Assembly (NCBI GenBank): GCA_951406725.2
Contig: OX597818.1
Span: 127,038,001-127,102,000 of the forward strand
Origin: Octopus vulgaris
Lineage: Eukaryota
Direction: 5' to 3'
Length of the DNA stretch: 64,000 nucleotides
Both the position numbers and the translations under genes were made by a program. Shown here one piece after another: positions 14,237 to 25,128 of this stretch. The notes beneath the pieces were generated by a model. That model did not search any database, was not told where the DNA came from, and was given only the letters and a program-made list of their open reading frames with translations. Position 1 is the stretch's first letter. Every line of letters begins with the position of its first letter.

Positions 14237-14468
14237 AAGGCGGCGAGCTGGCAGAAACGTTAGCATGCCGGGCGAAATGCGTACCCGTACTTCGTCTGTC
14301 GTTACGTTGTGAGTTCAAATTCCGTCGAGGTCGACTTTGCCTTTCATTCTTTCGGGGTCGATAAATAAGTACCAGTTACACACTGGAGTCGATGTAATCG
14401 ACTTAATCCGTTTGTCTGTCCTTGTTTGTACCCTCTATGTTTAGCCCGTGTGGGCAATAAAGAAATAT
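14237..14468 (+). mobile_element. SINE family B, full copy
   Basis: aaggcggcgagctggcagaaacgttagc...gagttcaaattcc...aataaagaaa, flanked by the TSD-like sequence gtaacaccat (14227 and 14473). Confidence 0.9.
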
Positions 14469-15261
14469 ATAGGTAACACCATTCGGTGCTACGACAGCAT
14501 CATAAAGACACTACAATTTTGACTTTTCACAGTGAAGCATAAAGAACATAGCAACACACACATACATACACACATAGAAATGGCCGCATTTGCTCTACAC
14601 ATTGTGCTGAAATGTATTCAATTAATAATTAGAGCAACAGATTAGTCCCATGCCGAACCCAGATCGAATTCACCTTGTGCGACTTTGCTGCAGCTAGCTC
14701 AGGAATCTATAGTAGACAGTGAAGAGTTTGCAACATGTCCATACTGCCATACTACTTACCGTGTGATTCATCACTGCCTGTCATAGGAAGCTATATGGTC
14801 CCCAGCTTGTCAGGGGCATAATATCCCTGGTAAGGTGGGTCTCGTCGTTTAATCAACCACTCATCAGAGATGACTCAAAGCAACACAGCCAAGACGACAA
14901 AGACAGTGGAGGATGTTGAAACGAGTGATGGGATACGTTTACCACCTAAGAATAGTTACAATTCATCCAGTAGGCTTTGCCACAGTTTCTATTTCTCTAC
15001 TTTCTCCCATAAACTTCTTCTCGTTGATATGAGTTTATGAAAGATGACATTTGTCCTAGGTGCCGTGCAATGAGATCGAACACGACAACACGTAACTTCG
15101 AAGAGTACTTTTAGCTAGAAAGCCATACTTCGGCACAGCATACATGTACATTCACACAGGCACAAATGTACAGACACAGACACACTTATACATACATACA
15201 AACATACATGCATACATACCTATGTACGCACTCACACACACACGCATATACATATGCACAT

Positions 15262-15337
<76 letters not shown>

Positions 15338-15346
15338 ATATATGTA

Positions 15347-15402
<56 letters not shown>

Positions 15403-16460
15403 TATGAGGAGGAGTACACACATGTACTAACGGACACACAGCTGTTTACATACATTTCCATGAACCTACTGGCAGCAAAATTTTCGAATGTAATACTAAT
15501 TCAAATATCTCTGTCGATAGGAAAATAAACGGTCAATAAAATGAGATTGTGACTTTAAAATATTAAATTTTATGGACAGTCAAATAAAAAAATAACTACC
15601 ATTTTGTTTCCTGCGATTTCGCTTATTTCGCTTTATTTTTTATTTGCTCTGTTCAATGTTTATTTTTCGTTGATTTTGTACATTAGCCATTTCGTTGCAT
15701 TTTTAACTGTCTGATTTGGTAAATTTTTTAATGATTCTACGGCTATTTACCCTGCTATTTTTCAACCGCAGATCATCTCTCTCTCTCTCTTTCTCTTTCT
15801 CTCTCTTGAGGTTTTTGTTGTCTCTTTTTGTATGTTTTGTTTTAGTTCTTTATATTTGCTTTTCAATTCGTCTTTTTGTTTTTGTAATCATTCTGTCTTT
15901 CTTTTCTTTTGCCTATCTGTGTAGCTGACAACCTGTCTGTCGTTTGTTTATATTCTCTCCTTTTCGTTCTGGTTGTTGTTGTTTGTTTTTCTACTTTTCC
16001 ATCAACCCCTCAATGCGCGTGCGACGGGGGTGTATGTACAGGAATTTAAACATATCGATGGCGCGAAAGGCATCCTACGAATTTACATCTGAGGCAGCTT
16101 TTCAATATTCAATAATTATCGAATATTATTAGAATATTAGAGACGTACCAATATGCTCAATTGTAAAACTAGCAAACAAATTAAAAGAATAAAATATAAG
16201 AAAGAACAATAAGAAACTGCCACATCACTAAATTTAACAGAAATATGTGTGCGTGCGTATATATATACATATATAACTTTTTAACTTGTTTCAGTTTTAA
16301 GGCTGCGGTCATGCTGGGGCATCACCATCACCGCCATCCTCATCACCATCGTCGTCGTAGTCATCATAAACAAAGTTCCAATCTATGTTGATGATGGCCA
16401 TAAGATCTATCTATTTCTGTATCTATCTATCTAACACGTTATATAGACAGACAGCCGGAC

Positions 16461-16497
<37 letters not shown>

Positions 16498-16511
16498 CAT
16501 ACATACATACA

Positions 16512-16542
<31 letters not shown>

Positions 16543-16773
16543 TTTCCATTTATGGTATTTATGTTGCACCTTGCTCCTTTTATTAATTATTAAAATACGC
16601 ATTAGCATTTCGCTAAATAGGCCATAAATTTTTATGGTAAAAATACAAATACTGGCAGATGGATCTAGCCAAACCATCAACCGCTTGAGTAGTCATTACG
16701 GATGATACCCACGAAATAGGCGAAACTAGTCTAGTGGTTCAAGACAATCATGGGGTGTTTATGTCCCCTGTCA

Positions 16774-16840
<67 letters not shown>

Positions 16841-16843
<3 letters not shown>

Positions 16844-17031
16844 AGAGTTTACGGAAAAAAAAAACAAAAGACGAAGATAGGTGGTGTACAAAACAAACAG
16901 ATGCATTAGTATAACGCTTAGGAATAGATAAAGTCTTTTACGTTTCGAGCCAACGCTCTTCTACAGAAAGGGACACAGGAATCAAGGAGAGAAACAAGTA
17001 GAGAAAAAATGTGTGTAGTGGCTAACGATCT

Positions 17032-17036
<5 letters not shown>
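16841..17036 (-). mobile_element. Solo PLE pseudo-LTR-like unit between (TA)n tracts, with a hammerhead-like motif at 16933-16974
   Basis: Minus strand reads cttt-CTGTAGA-a-GAGC-gttg-GCTC-GAAA-CGTA-aaag. It is homologous to 56860-57005, which lies beside a Penelope ORF. Confidence 0.65.
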
Positions 17037-17096
<60 letters not shown>

Positions 17097-17286
17097 GAGT
17101 GTATTTTTACCTCGTTAACAATTAACACGGAAAAAATAAATAAATAGTTACAAGGGCAGCAAAAATCTCACAAGTAAAGGTGTTGTAACTCCTTGTTTAT
17201 AAAGGTAGAAACTTCATGTTTACGTTGAATATTTTGAATAATATGAATAAAAAATGGAGTTAACGCAGGTGTAATCAAATATTTTT

Positions 17287-17372
17287 ACTTTCGACACACG
17301 TTTCGAAAATTCCACTGATACTATTCAAAAGAATAAATGGTATAAACAATGCAATCTTCTCCGCAGGAAAGT
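17287..17372 (-). ncRNA. Hammerhead ribozyme copy with core mutation (CUGCGGA)
   Basis: Mirror of 18687-18772 with an A6->C change in the core. Confidence 0.65.
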
Positions 17373-18686
17373 GAAAAAAAACGAAACTCGTCAATAAGAC
17401 ATTTTAGCAAAAAATGATGGATTTGTATAGCGATAGACAGAACGCTATTAATATTGTTTAAAAAAACCTTATATGATATAACGTCATAAGTAGCTAACAG
17501 AAAGAGTAAGGATATTAATAGTGAATGTTAAATATAAAGGAAATTAAAGTTTAAATTATATATAATGATAGAGACTACATATATGCACTAAATGTATGTT
17601 TTTGCCAATGCTTACATCTGTATGCTCGCTCTATAACCGTGTTTACTAGAGTATTTTTAGAAAAATAATGAAAAATGGCTCAGAATTACAGAGAAGACAG
17701 AATTTCTTGCCTTTGTCATATGGTATCGAAATTGAGAGGATCAACCATTCTAAATGAAATTGTTCATTGTGGTCTTTTAAATCCCAAATCAGTTTGCTGA
17801 GACCGGTACTATTCCGTTTATTTCTATCCCTAAATGTTGAGTAATGGATAGAAATTCTTTTAGATAACTCTAACGATGTGCTTCCAATGTAAAATCGTAC
17901 TTTATTACGAGTACTGATTATACACTGGTATATAGAATTTTTAATCTTAGAGTTACTTGACATAAACTTAATTCTATTGGAATTGACTTCAGATACAATA
18001 ACCTTGTTATTAATATTTCTAGAGGGTTGGATGGTATTAGCTAAATTAATGTTAGTATTAGTAAATGTATTAATATTTAACAGTTTGTTATTATGAAAAG
18101 ATATAATTTGCAAGAGATTTTTTGTGTTTGAAAAACCTATCCTAACCTTATGTGAATGGATTATTATCGATCTAAAAGTAAATATAACACCTTCAAAAGT
18201 AATTACGCTATGAATACTAGTAAAAATATTTGGTTAATAATTCCTTACGGGAGACAAATTAAATCTAATCTCCCACTGCTGTTTCGTCAAGCTATTGCTA
18301 GGAATTTTCCAAACAATCTAGATATTACTCTATAATCAATTCACATAAGGTTAGGATAGGTTTTTCTCTGTAATTCTGAGCTATTTTTCATTATTTTTCT
18401 AAAAATACTCTAGTAAACACGGTTATAGAGCGAGCATACAGATGTAAGCATTGGCAAAAACATACATTTAGTGCATATATGTAGTCTCTATCATTATATA
18501 TAATTTAAACTTTAATTTCCTTTATATTTAACATTCACTATTAATATCCTTACTCTTTCTGTTAGCTACTTATGGCGTTATATCATATAAGGTTTTTTTA
18601 AACAATATTAATAGCGTTCTGTCTATCGCTATACAAATCCATAATTTTTTGCTAAAATGTCTTATTGACGAGTTTCGTTTTTTTTC

Positions 18687-18772
18687 ACTTTCCTGAGGAG
18701 AAGATTGCATTGTTTATACGATTTATTCTTTTGAATAGTATCAGTGGAATTTTCGAAACGTGTGTCGAAAGT
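18687..18772 (+). ncRNA. Type I hammerhead ribozyme with extended stem II
   Basis: actttc-CTGAGGA-GAAGATT...AATTTTC-GAAA-C-gtgt-GTC-gaaagt. It has a 6-bp stem I, an intact core and a GUC cleavage triplet. Confidence 0.8.
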
Positions 18773-19056
18773 AAAAATATTTGATTACACCTGCGTTAAC
18801 TCCATTTTTTATTCATATATATATATATATGATGTGTGTAGTGGCTAATGGTCTATCATATATATATATTGCACTCTTCTTACAGCATTAATAGTTTTTA
18901 ACTCTTATTTCTAGCAATATGCGTATTTCGGTACCGTCAGTTACATTTAGCGACGATTAACTTTTTTCTTAACGGTAGTATATTACGTGTAAATATTTAT
19001 ATTAATTTTTAAATATACGTAAAATATAGGTTAGTGAGTTTTTTTTTTTAGAAATT

Positions 19057-19384
19057 TCACTACCAGTGGCCTAGCATGTATAAAAAATCAATAGACGACA
19101 TATTCTCAATATAAGATAGCGTACATTTAAACATTCAACAGGCAGTTTTTACACGCTAGAAGAAGTAGTCAAAACAACCAAAACCAAATTTAAGTGCAAT
19201 CTTCAAAAGGAATGAAAAATAAAAACTTTTACTTTGTTATTTTAATTTTAATTAAAATAATAAGGTGATTTTCTTTTCCCATTCCTTTTGAAGATTGCTC
19301 TTAAATGTGGTTTTGGTCCTTTTGACTTCTAGCGTGTAAAAATTTTCAGTTGAAGGCAGTTTTCTCTTGTTTTTAAATGTACAC

Positions 19385-19387
<3 letters not shown>
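19057..19387. repeat. Fold-back element in (TA)n (same family as 47411-47679)
   Basis: A shared 48-nt leader cac(t/c)accagtggcctagcatgtataaaaa..tcaatagac..catattc is followed by imperfect arms at about 19116-19214 and 19280-19387. Confidence 0.75.
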
Positions 19388-19421
<34 letters not shown>

Positions 19422-19438
19422 TATATATATATATACAC

Positions 19439-19820
19439 GCGCAGGAGTGGCTGTGTGGTAAGTAGCTTGTTTACCAACCACATGGTTCCGGGTTCAGTCC
19501 CACTGCGTAGCACCTTGGGCAAGTGTCTTCTACTATAGCCCCGGGCCGACTAATGCCTTGTGAGTGAAAGAAGCGTGTCGTATATATGTATATATATATA
19601 TGTATGTGTTGTGTGTCTGTGTTTGTCCCCCTAGCATTGCTTGACAACCAATACTGGTGTGTTTACGTCCCCGTCACTTAGCGGTGCGGCAAAAGAGACC
19701 GATAGAATAAGTACTGGGCTTACAAAGAATAAGTCCCGGGGTCGATTTGCTCGACTAAAGGCGGTGCTCCAGCATGGCCGCAGTCAAATGACTGAAACAA
19801 GTAAAAAGAGAGTAAAAGAG
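19439..19820 (+). mobile_element. SINE family A
   Basis: Same head, body and tail as 3179-3550. Confidence 0.9.
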
Positions 19821-20109
19821 TATATGTACACAAAAGCACGTACTGGTCAAAAGTCTTTATATACGTCTAGTGTGACACGTAGATGGGTATTTCTATTTAA
19901 TCCTGACGCATTTGCGTATATCAGATACACTAGTAAGTCCAGTCGTAGGCTAATAAGGTTGGAAAATGATGATCTACGTGGAGTTCTAATTCAGTAGTAG
20001 CCGTACACACAATATTTTATGTAGATAGATAGAAAGACAGACGCACATACACATGTAACCATCATTTAAATACGGACTGTCGATAAAATAAGTAGCAGAA
20101 AAGTGGATA

Positions 20110-20415
20110 TGGAAGCACTCCGTCGGTTACGACGATGAGGGTTCCGGTTGATCCGAATCAACGGAACAGCCTGCTCGTGAAATTAACGTGTAAGTGGCTG
20201 AGCACTCCACAGACACGTGTACCCTTAACGTAGTTCTCGGGGATATTCAGCGTGACACAGAGAGTGACAAGGCCGGCCCTTTGAAATACAGGTACAACAG
20301 AAACAGGAAGTAAGAGTGAGAGAAAGTTGTGGTGAAAGAGTACAGCAGGGATCACCATCATCCCTGCCAGAGCGTCGTGGAGCTTTAGGTGTTTTCGCTC
20401 AATAAACACTCACAA
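20110..20415 (-). mobile_element. SINE family C, 5'-truncated
   Basis: Reverse complement of 34440-34741. Confidence 0.85.
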
Positions 20416-20603
20416 AGTACTGGGTCAATGTAATCGACTAATCATTTCCCCCCTAAAATTACCGGCTTTTTGTCACTGGTACTTATTTTATCGACACCAA
20501 ATTGATGTGAGGCAACTTTGATCTCGGTGGCATTTGAACTCCGAATATGAAGATCCAGAAGAAATGCCACAAAACATTTTTTCCGATTTACTGTCAGTAT
20601 ATA

Positions 20604-20770
20604 GGCGCAGGAGTGGCTGTGTGGTAAGTAGCTTGCTAACCAACCACATGGTTCCGGGTTCAGTCCCACTGCGTGGCATCTTGGGCAAGTGTCTTCTACT
20701 ATAGCCCCGGACCGACCAATGCCTTGTGAGTGGATTTGGTAGACGGAAACTGAAAGAAGCCTGTCGTATA

Positions 20771-20845
<75 letters not shown>

Positions 20846-21058
20846 ATGTTTGTGTGTCTGTGTTTGTCCCCCTAGCATTGCTTGACAATCGATGCTGGTG
20901 TGTTTACGTCCCCGTCACCTAGCGGTTCGGCAAAAAGAGACCGATAGAACAAGTACTGGGCTTACAAAGAATAAGTCCCGGGGTCGATTTGCTCGACTAA
21001 AGGGGTGCTCCAGCATGGCCGCAGTCAAATGACTGAAACAAGTAAAAGAAAAAAAAGA
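20604..21058 (+). mobile_element. SINE family A, full length with expanded internal (TA)n
   Basis: Complete head to tail. Confidence 0.9.
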
Positions 21059-21261
21059 AATATCTCCACTTATTAAACTTTCTGTATATCTCATTTAAAT
21101 AAACTCACTGATTCTATATCTTATCTCAATGAACCTGTTGACTTTATATCTCACTAAACTTAACCGATTGTCTCTATATCGCATCTCACTAAACCTGATG
21201 ATTATATATATCACGACTCTATCTATCTACCTATCTATCTATCTATCTATCTATCTATCGA

Positions 21262-21297
<36 letters not shown>

Positions 21298-21330
21298 TGA
21301 GAAAGTTGGTGTGTGAAAGCACGTGGTTGA

Positions 21331-21582
21331 ATATATAGAAAATAGTAAAAAGTGAACAAACTACAGAAGGCTTGTTTTAAAAGGTTAAAATATATATTTG
21401 AGTCATTATGTCTGAAGAATGTTATAAATTTTTTTCATACAGTGACATAGTTTTTGAAGAAACTATGTCACTGTATGAAAAAAATTTATAACATTCTTCT
21501 GACATAATGACTCAAATATATTTTTTAACCTTTTAAAACAAGCCTTCTGTAGTTTGTTCACTTTTTACTATTTTCTATATAT
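21331..21582. repeat. Near-perfect palindrome (about 123-bp arms, about 6-nt spacer)
   Basis: tagaaaatagtaaaaagtgaacaaactacagaaggcttg...catagttt / aaactatg...caagccttctgtagtttgttcactttttactattttcta. Confidence 0.95.
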
Positions 21583-21679
21583 ATATATATACGTTTATAT
21601 ATTTGTTTTGCAAGGTTTTTGATGTGAAATCGTGTGTTGAAACAGCTATTGTTGTATTTAGGAATGGCCATTTTGCCAG

Positions 21680-21729
21680 TTTAGCCACTGATGAGGTCAC
21701 AGAAGTGTGACGAAAGAACTCTGGCTGAA
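21680..21729 (+). ncRNA. Type I hammerhead ribozyme (canonical core)
   Basis: tttagcca-CTGATGA-g-GTCAC-agaagt-GTGAC-GAAA-G-aa-C-TC-tggctgaa. It has an 8-bp stem I, a 5-bp stem II, a minimal stem III and a CUC triplet. Confidence 0.85.
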
Positions 21730-21884
21730 ATAAGATTAAGATTAATGTAAAAAATAAATAACGCTGAAGCAAAGTAACACCAAATATATAGTCCATGTGT
21801 TTTTATTGGCTAAACTGGCAAAATGACCATTCCTAAATACAACAATATATATATATATATATATGAATATAATGTATCCATGTG

Positions 21885-21987
<103 letters not shown>

Positions 21988-22236
21988 CAACAATTGAGGG
22001 TAAAATTAATTAATTATGTGGCTGATCTAGAAACGTACGTTCTCAAATAATCTTTGCACTTGTGATTTTTTAATGTTTTTACCCCTATACCTTCGTGGGC
22101 TATTTTGAGTAAGCACTATCTGAGAGAAATTTTCTTTAAGTATTAGAAATGGCTAAAAAAAATTTTTTTGGCTGCTATTTCTAATGAGTTCAGTATGTGG
22201 CAAAGTAATTTATTTTACTAAGCCCTTTATAAAATG

Positions 22237-22379
<143 letters not shown>

Positions 22380-22390
22380 TATATTATCTT

Positions 22391-22768
22391 GGCGCAAGAG
22401 TGGCTGTGTGGTAAGTAGCTTGTTTACCAGCCACATGGTTCCGGGTTCAGTTCCACTGCGTGGCACCTTGGGCATGTGTCTTCTACTATAGCCTCGGGCC
22501 GACCAAAGCCTTGTAAGTAGATTTGAAAGAAGCCCGTCGTATATATGTATATATATATGTGTGTATGTGTGTTTGTGTCTGTGTTTGTCCCCCTAGCATT
22601 GCTGGTGTGTTTATGTCCCCGTTACTTAGCGGTTCGGCAAAAGAGACCAATAGAATAAGTACTGGGCTTACAAAAGAATAAGTCCCGAGGTCGAGTTGCT
22701 TGATTAAAGGCGGTGCTCCAGCATGGCTGCAGTCAAATGACTGAAACAAGTAAAAGAGTAAAGGAGTA
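22391..22768 (+). mobile_element. SINE family A
   Basis: Same consensus. Confidence 0.9.
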
Positions 22769-23102
22769 AGTTCTTTAGCACACATGATATGTTTACAAAT
22801 AATATATTGTAGTTATGTCGTTTCCGTAAAATATAGTTTAACATCAAGAAGACAGATCAGTAATATATTATTCATGACATCATAATGATTTCCGTTCTAA
22901 AAGAATGCAAATCGTTTTTGGTTACTGAAAAGGAAGAACCACGGGGATCAACTGCACTTTAGTATATTCAATCGGAGCAACAATGAAATAATTTATTAAT
23001 TGGTGTTTATTTTCGCAACGGTGAGGATTCAAAATGTTTAATCCAGTTCTAATTTTCGTATTAGTAGCAGACTTCGGCTGCGTCTGTTTTGTTCAATACT
23101 GG

Positions 23103-23488
23103 TGGATGACTCCGTCGGTTACGACGATGAGGGTTCCGGTTGATCCGAATCAACGGAACAGCCTGCTCGTGAAATTAACGTGTAAGTGGCTAAGCACACC
23201 ACAGACACGTGCACCCTTAACGTAGTTCTCGGGGATATTCAGCGTGACACAGAGAGTGACAAGGTCGGCCCCTTGAAATACAGGTACAACAGAAACAGGA
23301 AGTAAGAATGGGTGAAAGTTGTGGTGAAAGAGTACAGCAGGGATCACCACCAACCCCTGCCGGAACCTCGTGGAGCTTTTAGGTGTTTTCGCTCAATAAA
23401 CACTCACAACGCCCGGTCTGGGAATCGAAACCGCGATCCTATGACCGCGAGTCCGCTGCCCTAACCACTGGGCCATTGCACCTCCACT
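23103..23488 (-). mobile_element. SINE family C, full length
   Basis: tRNA-like head (tggcccagtgg, gtttcgattccc) and TSD gttcaatact(g/a)gt at 23091 and 23490. Confidence 0.9.
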
Positions 23489-24513
23489 AGTTCAATACTA
23501 GTCTGGATATCACAAAGTATGCTCATTCACTACTTTCGCTAAAATCCTTATGTTTAACCGAAAGACACATACGCGTGTGCACATACACATACATACATAC
23601 ATACATACATACATACATACATACATACATACATACATACATACATACATACATACATACATACTGGGGCATTGGAATATATAACTGCCTAAATACCAAT
23701 CTTGAAACATTATGCTTCTCAAAACTAGAATGGAGAAAGCTAATCCGAAGACTATAGACCCAAGCCATCACTGGAACTGTGAAAATCTGTAAAACTTTCT
23801 AGAACTTTATCATTTAAGTATATATGAGCAGGTCTAGACATACAAGTATATGCATGAGGATACATACATAAAACAAAACATACAAATCTACACATATACA
23901 TACATACAAAAATACCTTCTTGATGTTGTTGAAATTCCAGCAAAGGAGCTTGGATCTAGGTTAGAACCGATTCTCTTTCTATTGCAAGAAATCTTGAAAT
24001 AAAATTGATATGCAACATTATATCATAGTTAAGTCTGCATGAGATACCAGCGCAGCATCAAAGTAGTGCAATATTTTTTTGGTCCCTCTGTTCATTCTGT
24101 TAATAAGACAAAATGTTTCAACATAGTTCCATCCTTTGTCATTGTGTTGGACAAGTTTTAAAAAGTCTAAATTCATCCTAATTTTATTAGATCTAGCAAT
24201 TAACATGCTCTCTTTTCAATCCTCACAGCTCCATCCAAGGGCCTTATATCCTATAAGAAACACTGTTGTCGCTAGGGTTAAACATTTTCATGTTAGCCAC
24301 TACATGGCACCGGCAATGACTGGTGTCCCTGCATTCTATCGACTTTGTATATTACTGAGTTATTCTATGGTTAGTTTGCGGTTGCCCTGTTAGTTGGATA
24401 CACACAGTAAGGTTAGTTACATGGGGCAGTCGGTAAGTACAGAGAAGCATCAGCAAATGATACTGGTTATATATTGTTTTAGCTTAGAATGTTTCTACCA
24501 AACGGGTGATATC

Positions 24514-24600
<87 letters not shown>

Positions 24601-24895
24601 ACAGAGAGAGAGAGAGAGAGTTACGTGTACAACTAGTTGAGTAAATCACTTTTAGATTTTAACTTAGGAATCAAGCCTGGAGCAGTTTCTGTAGACTGCT
24701 GATTAAACAAAAGTCAAAATGTTGACTCAATGATATTTTAGTCCAGAAATATTTTGTGCTAAACTGAATAATGTAGAGGAGTCCAAATGACGTTCCAGTA
24801 GTTAATGTAACCAACATAATGGTATAATGTTTAATAACCAGCTTCTTAAAGCTTAAGAAGCTGGCTATTAAATACTATACTTTTAAATACTATAC

Positions 24896-25128
24896 AAGGC
24901 GGCGAGCTGGCAGAAACGTTAGCACACCAGGCGAAATGCGTAGCCGTATTTCGTCTGCCGTTACGTTCTGGGTTCAAATTCCGCCGAGGTCGACTTTGTC
25001 TTTCATCCTTTCGGGGTCGATAAATTAAGTACCGGTTACGCACTGGGGTCGATGTAATCGACATAACCCGTTTGTCTGTCCTTGTTTGTCCCCTCTGTGT
25101 TTAGCCCCTTGTGGGTAGTAAAGAAATA
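24896..25128 (+). mobile_element. SINE family B
   Basis: Full consensus with TSD-like ttaaatact(a/g)tac. Confidence 0.9.

Larger units (their letters stand above)
17100..18818. mobile_element. Penelope-like element remnant, two copies in inverted orientation (GIY-YIG end plus pseudo-LTR)
   Basis: ORF 17646-18113(-) contains SIYQC..FYIGST..KR..H..GLSKLIWDLK..CLLC (GIY-YIG). The 455-bp inverted arms are 17241-17695 and 18364-18818. NIWLIIPY..RNFP at about 18225(+) is a PLE linker motif. Confidence 0.85.

Noticed and set aside
14825-14875. Minus-strand CTGATGA...GAGA hammerhead-like motif
   Set aside because: The GAAA box is mutated, stem II is mismatched and no stem I is found. It is too weak to call.
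20158-20409. Recurrent ORF MFIERKHLKL...NFTSRLFR (also 23150, 28957, 34441) as a gene family
   Set aside because: It is an incidental frame within SINE C.
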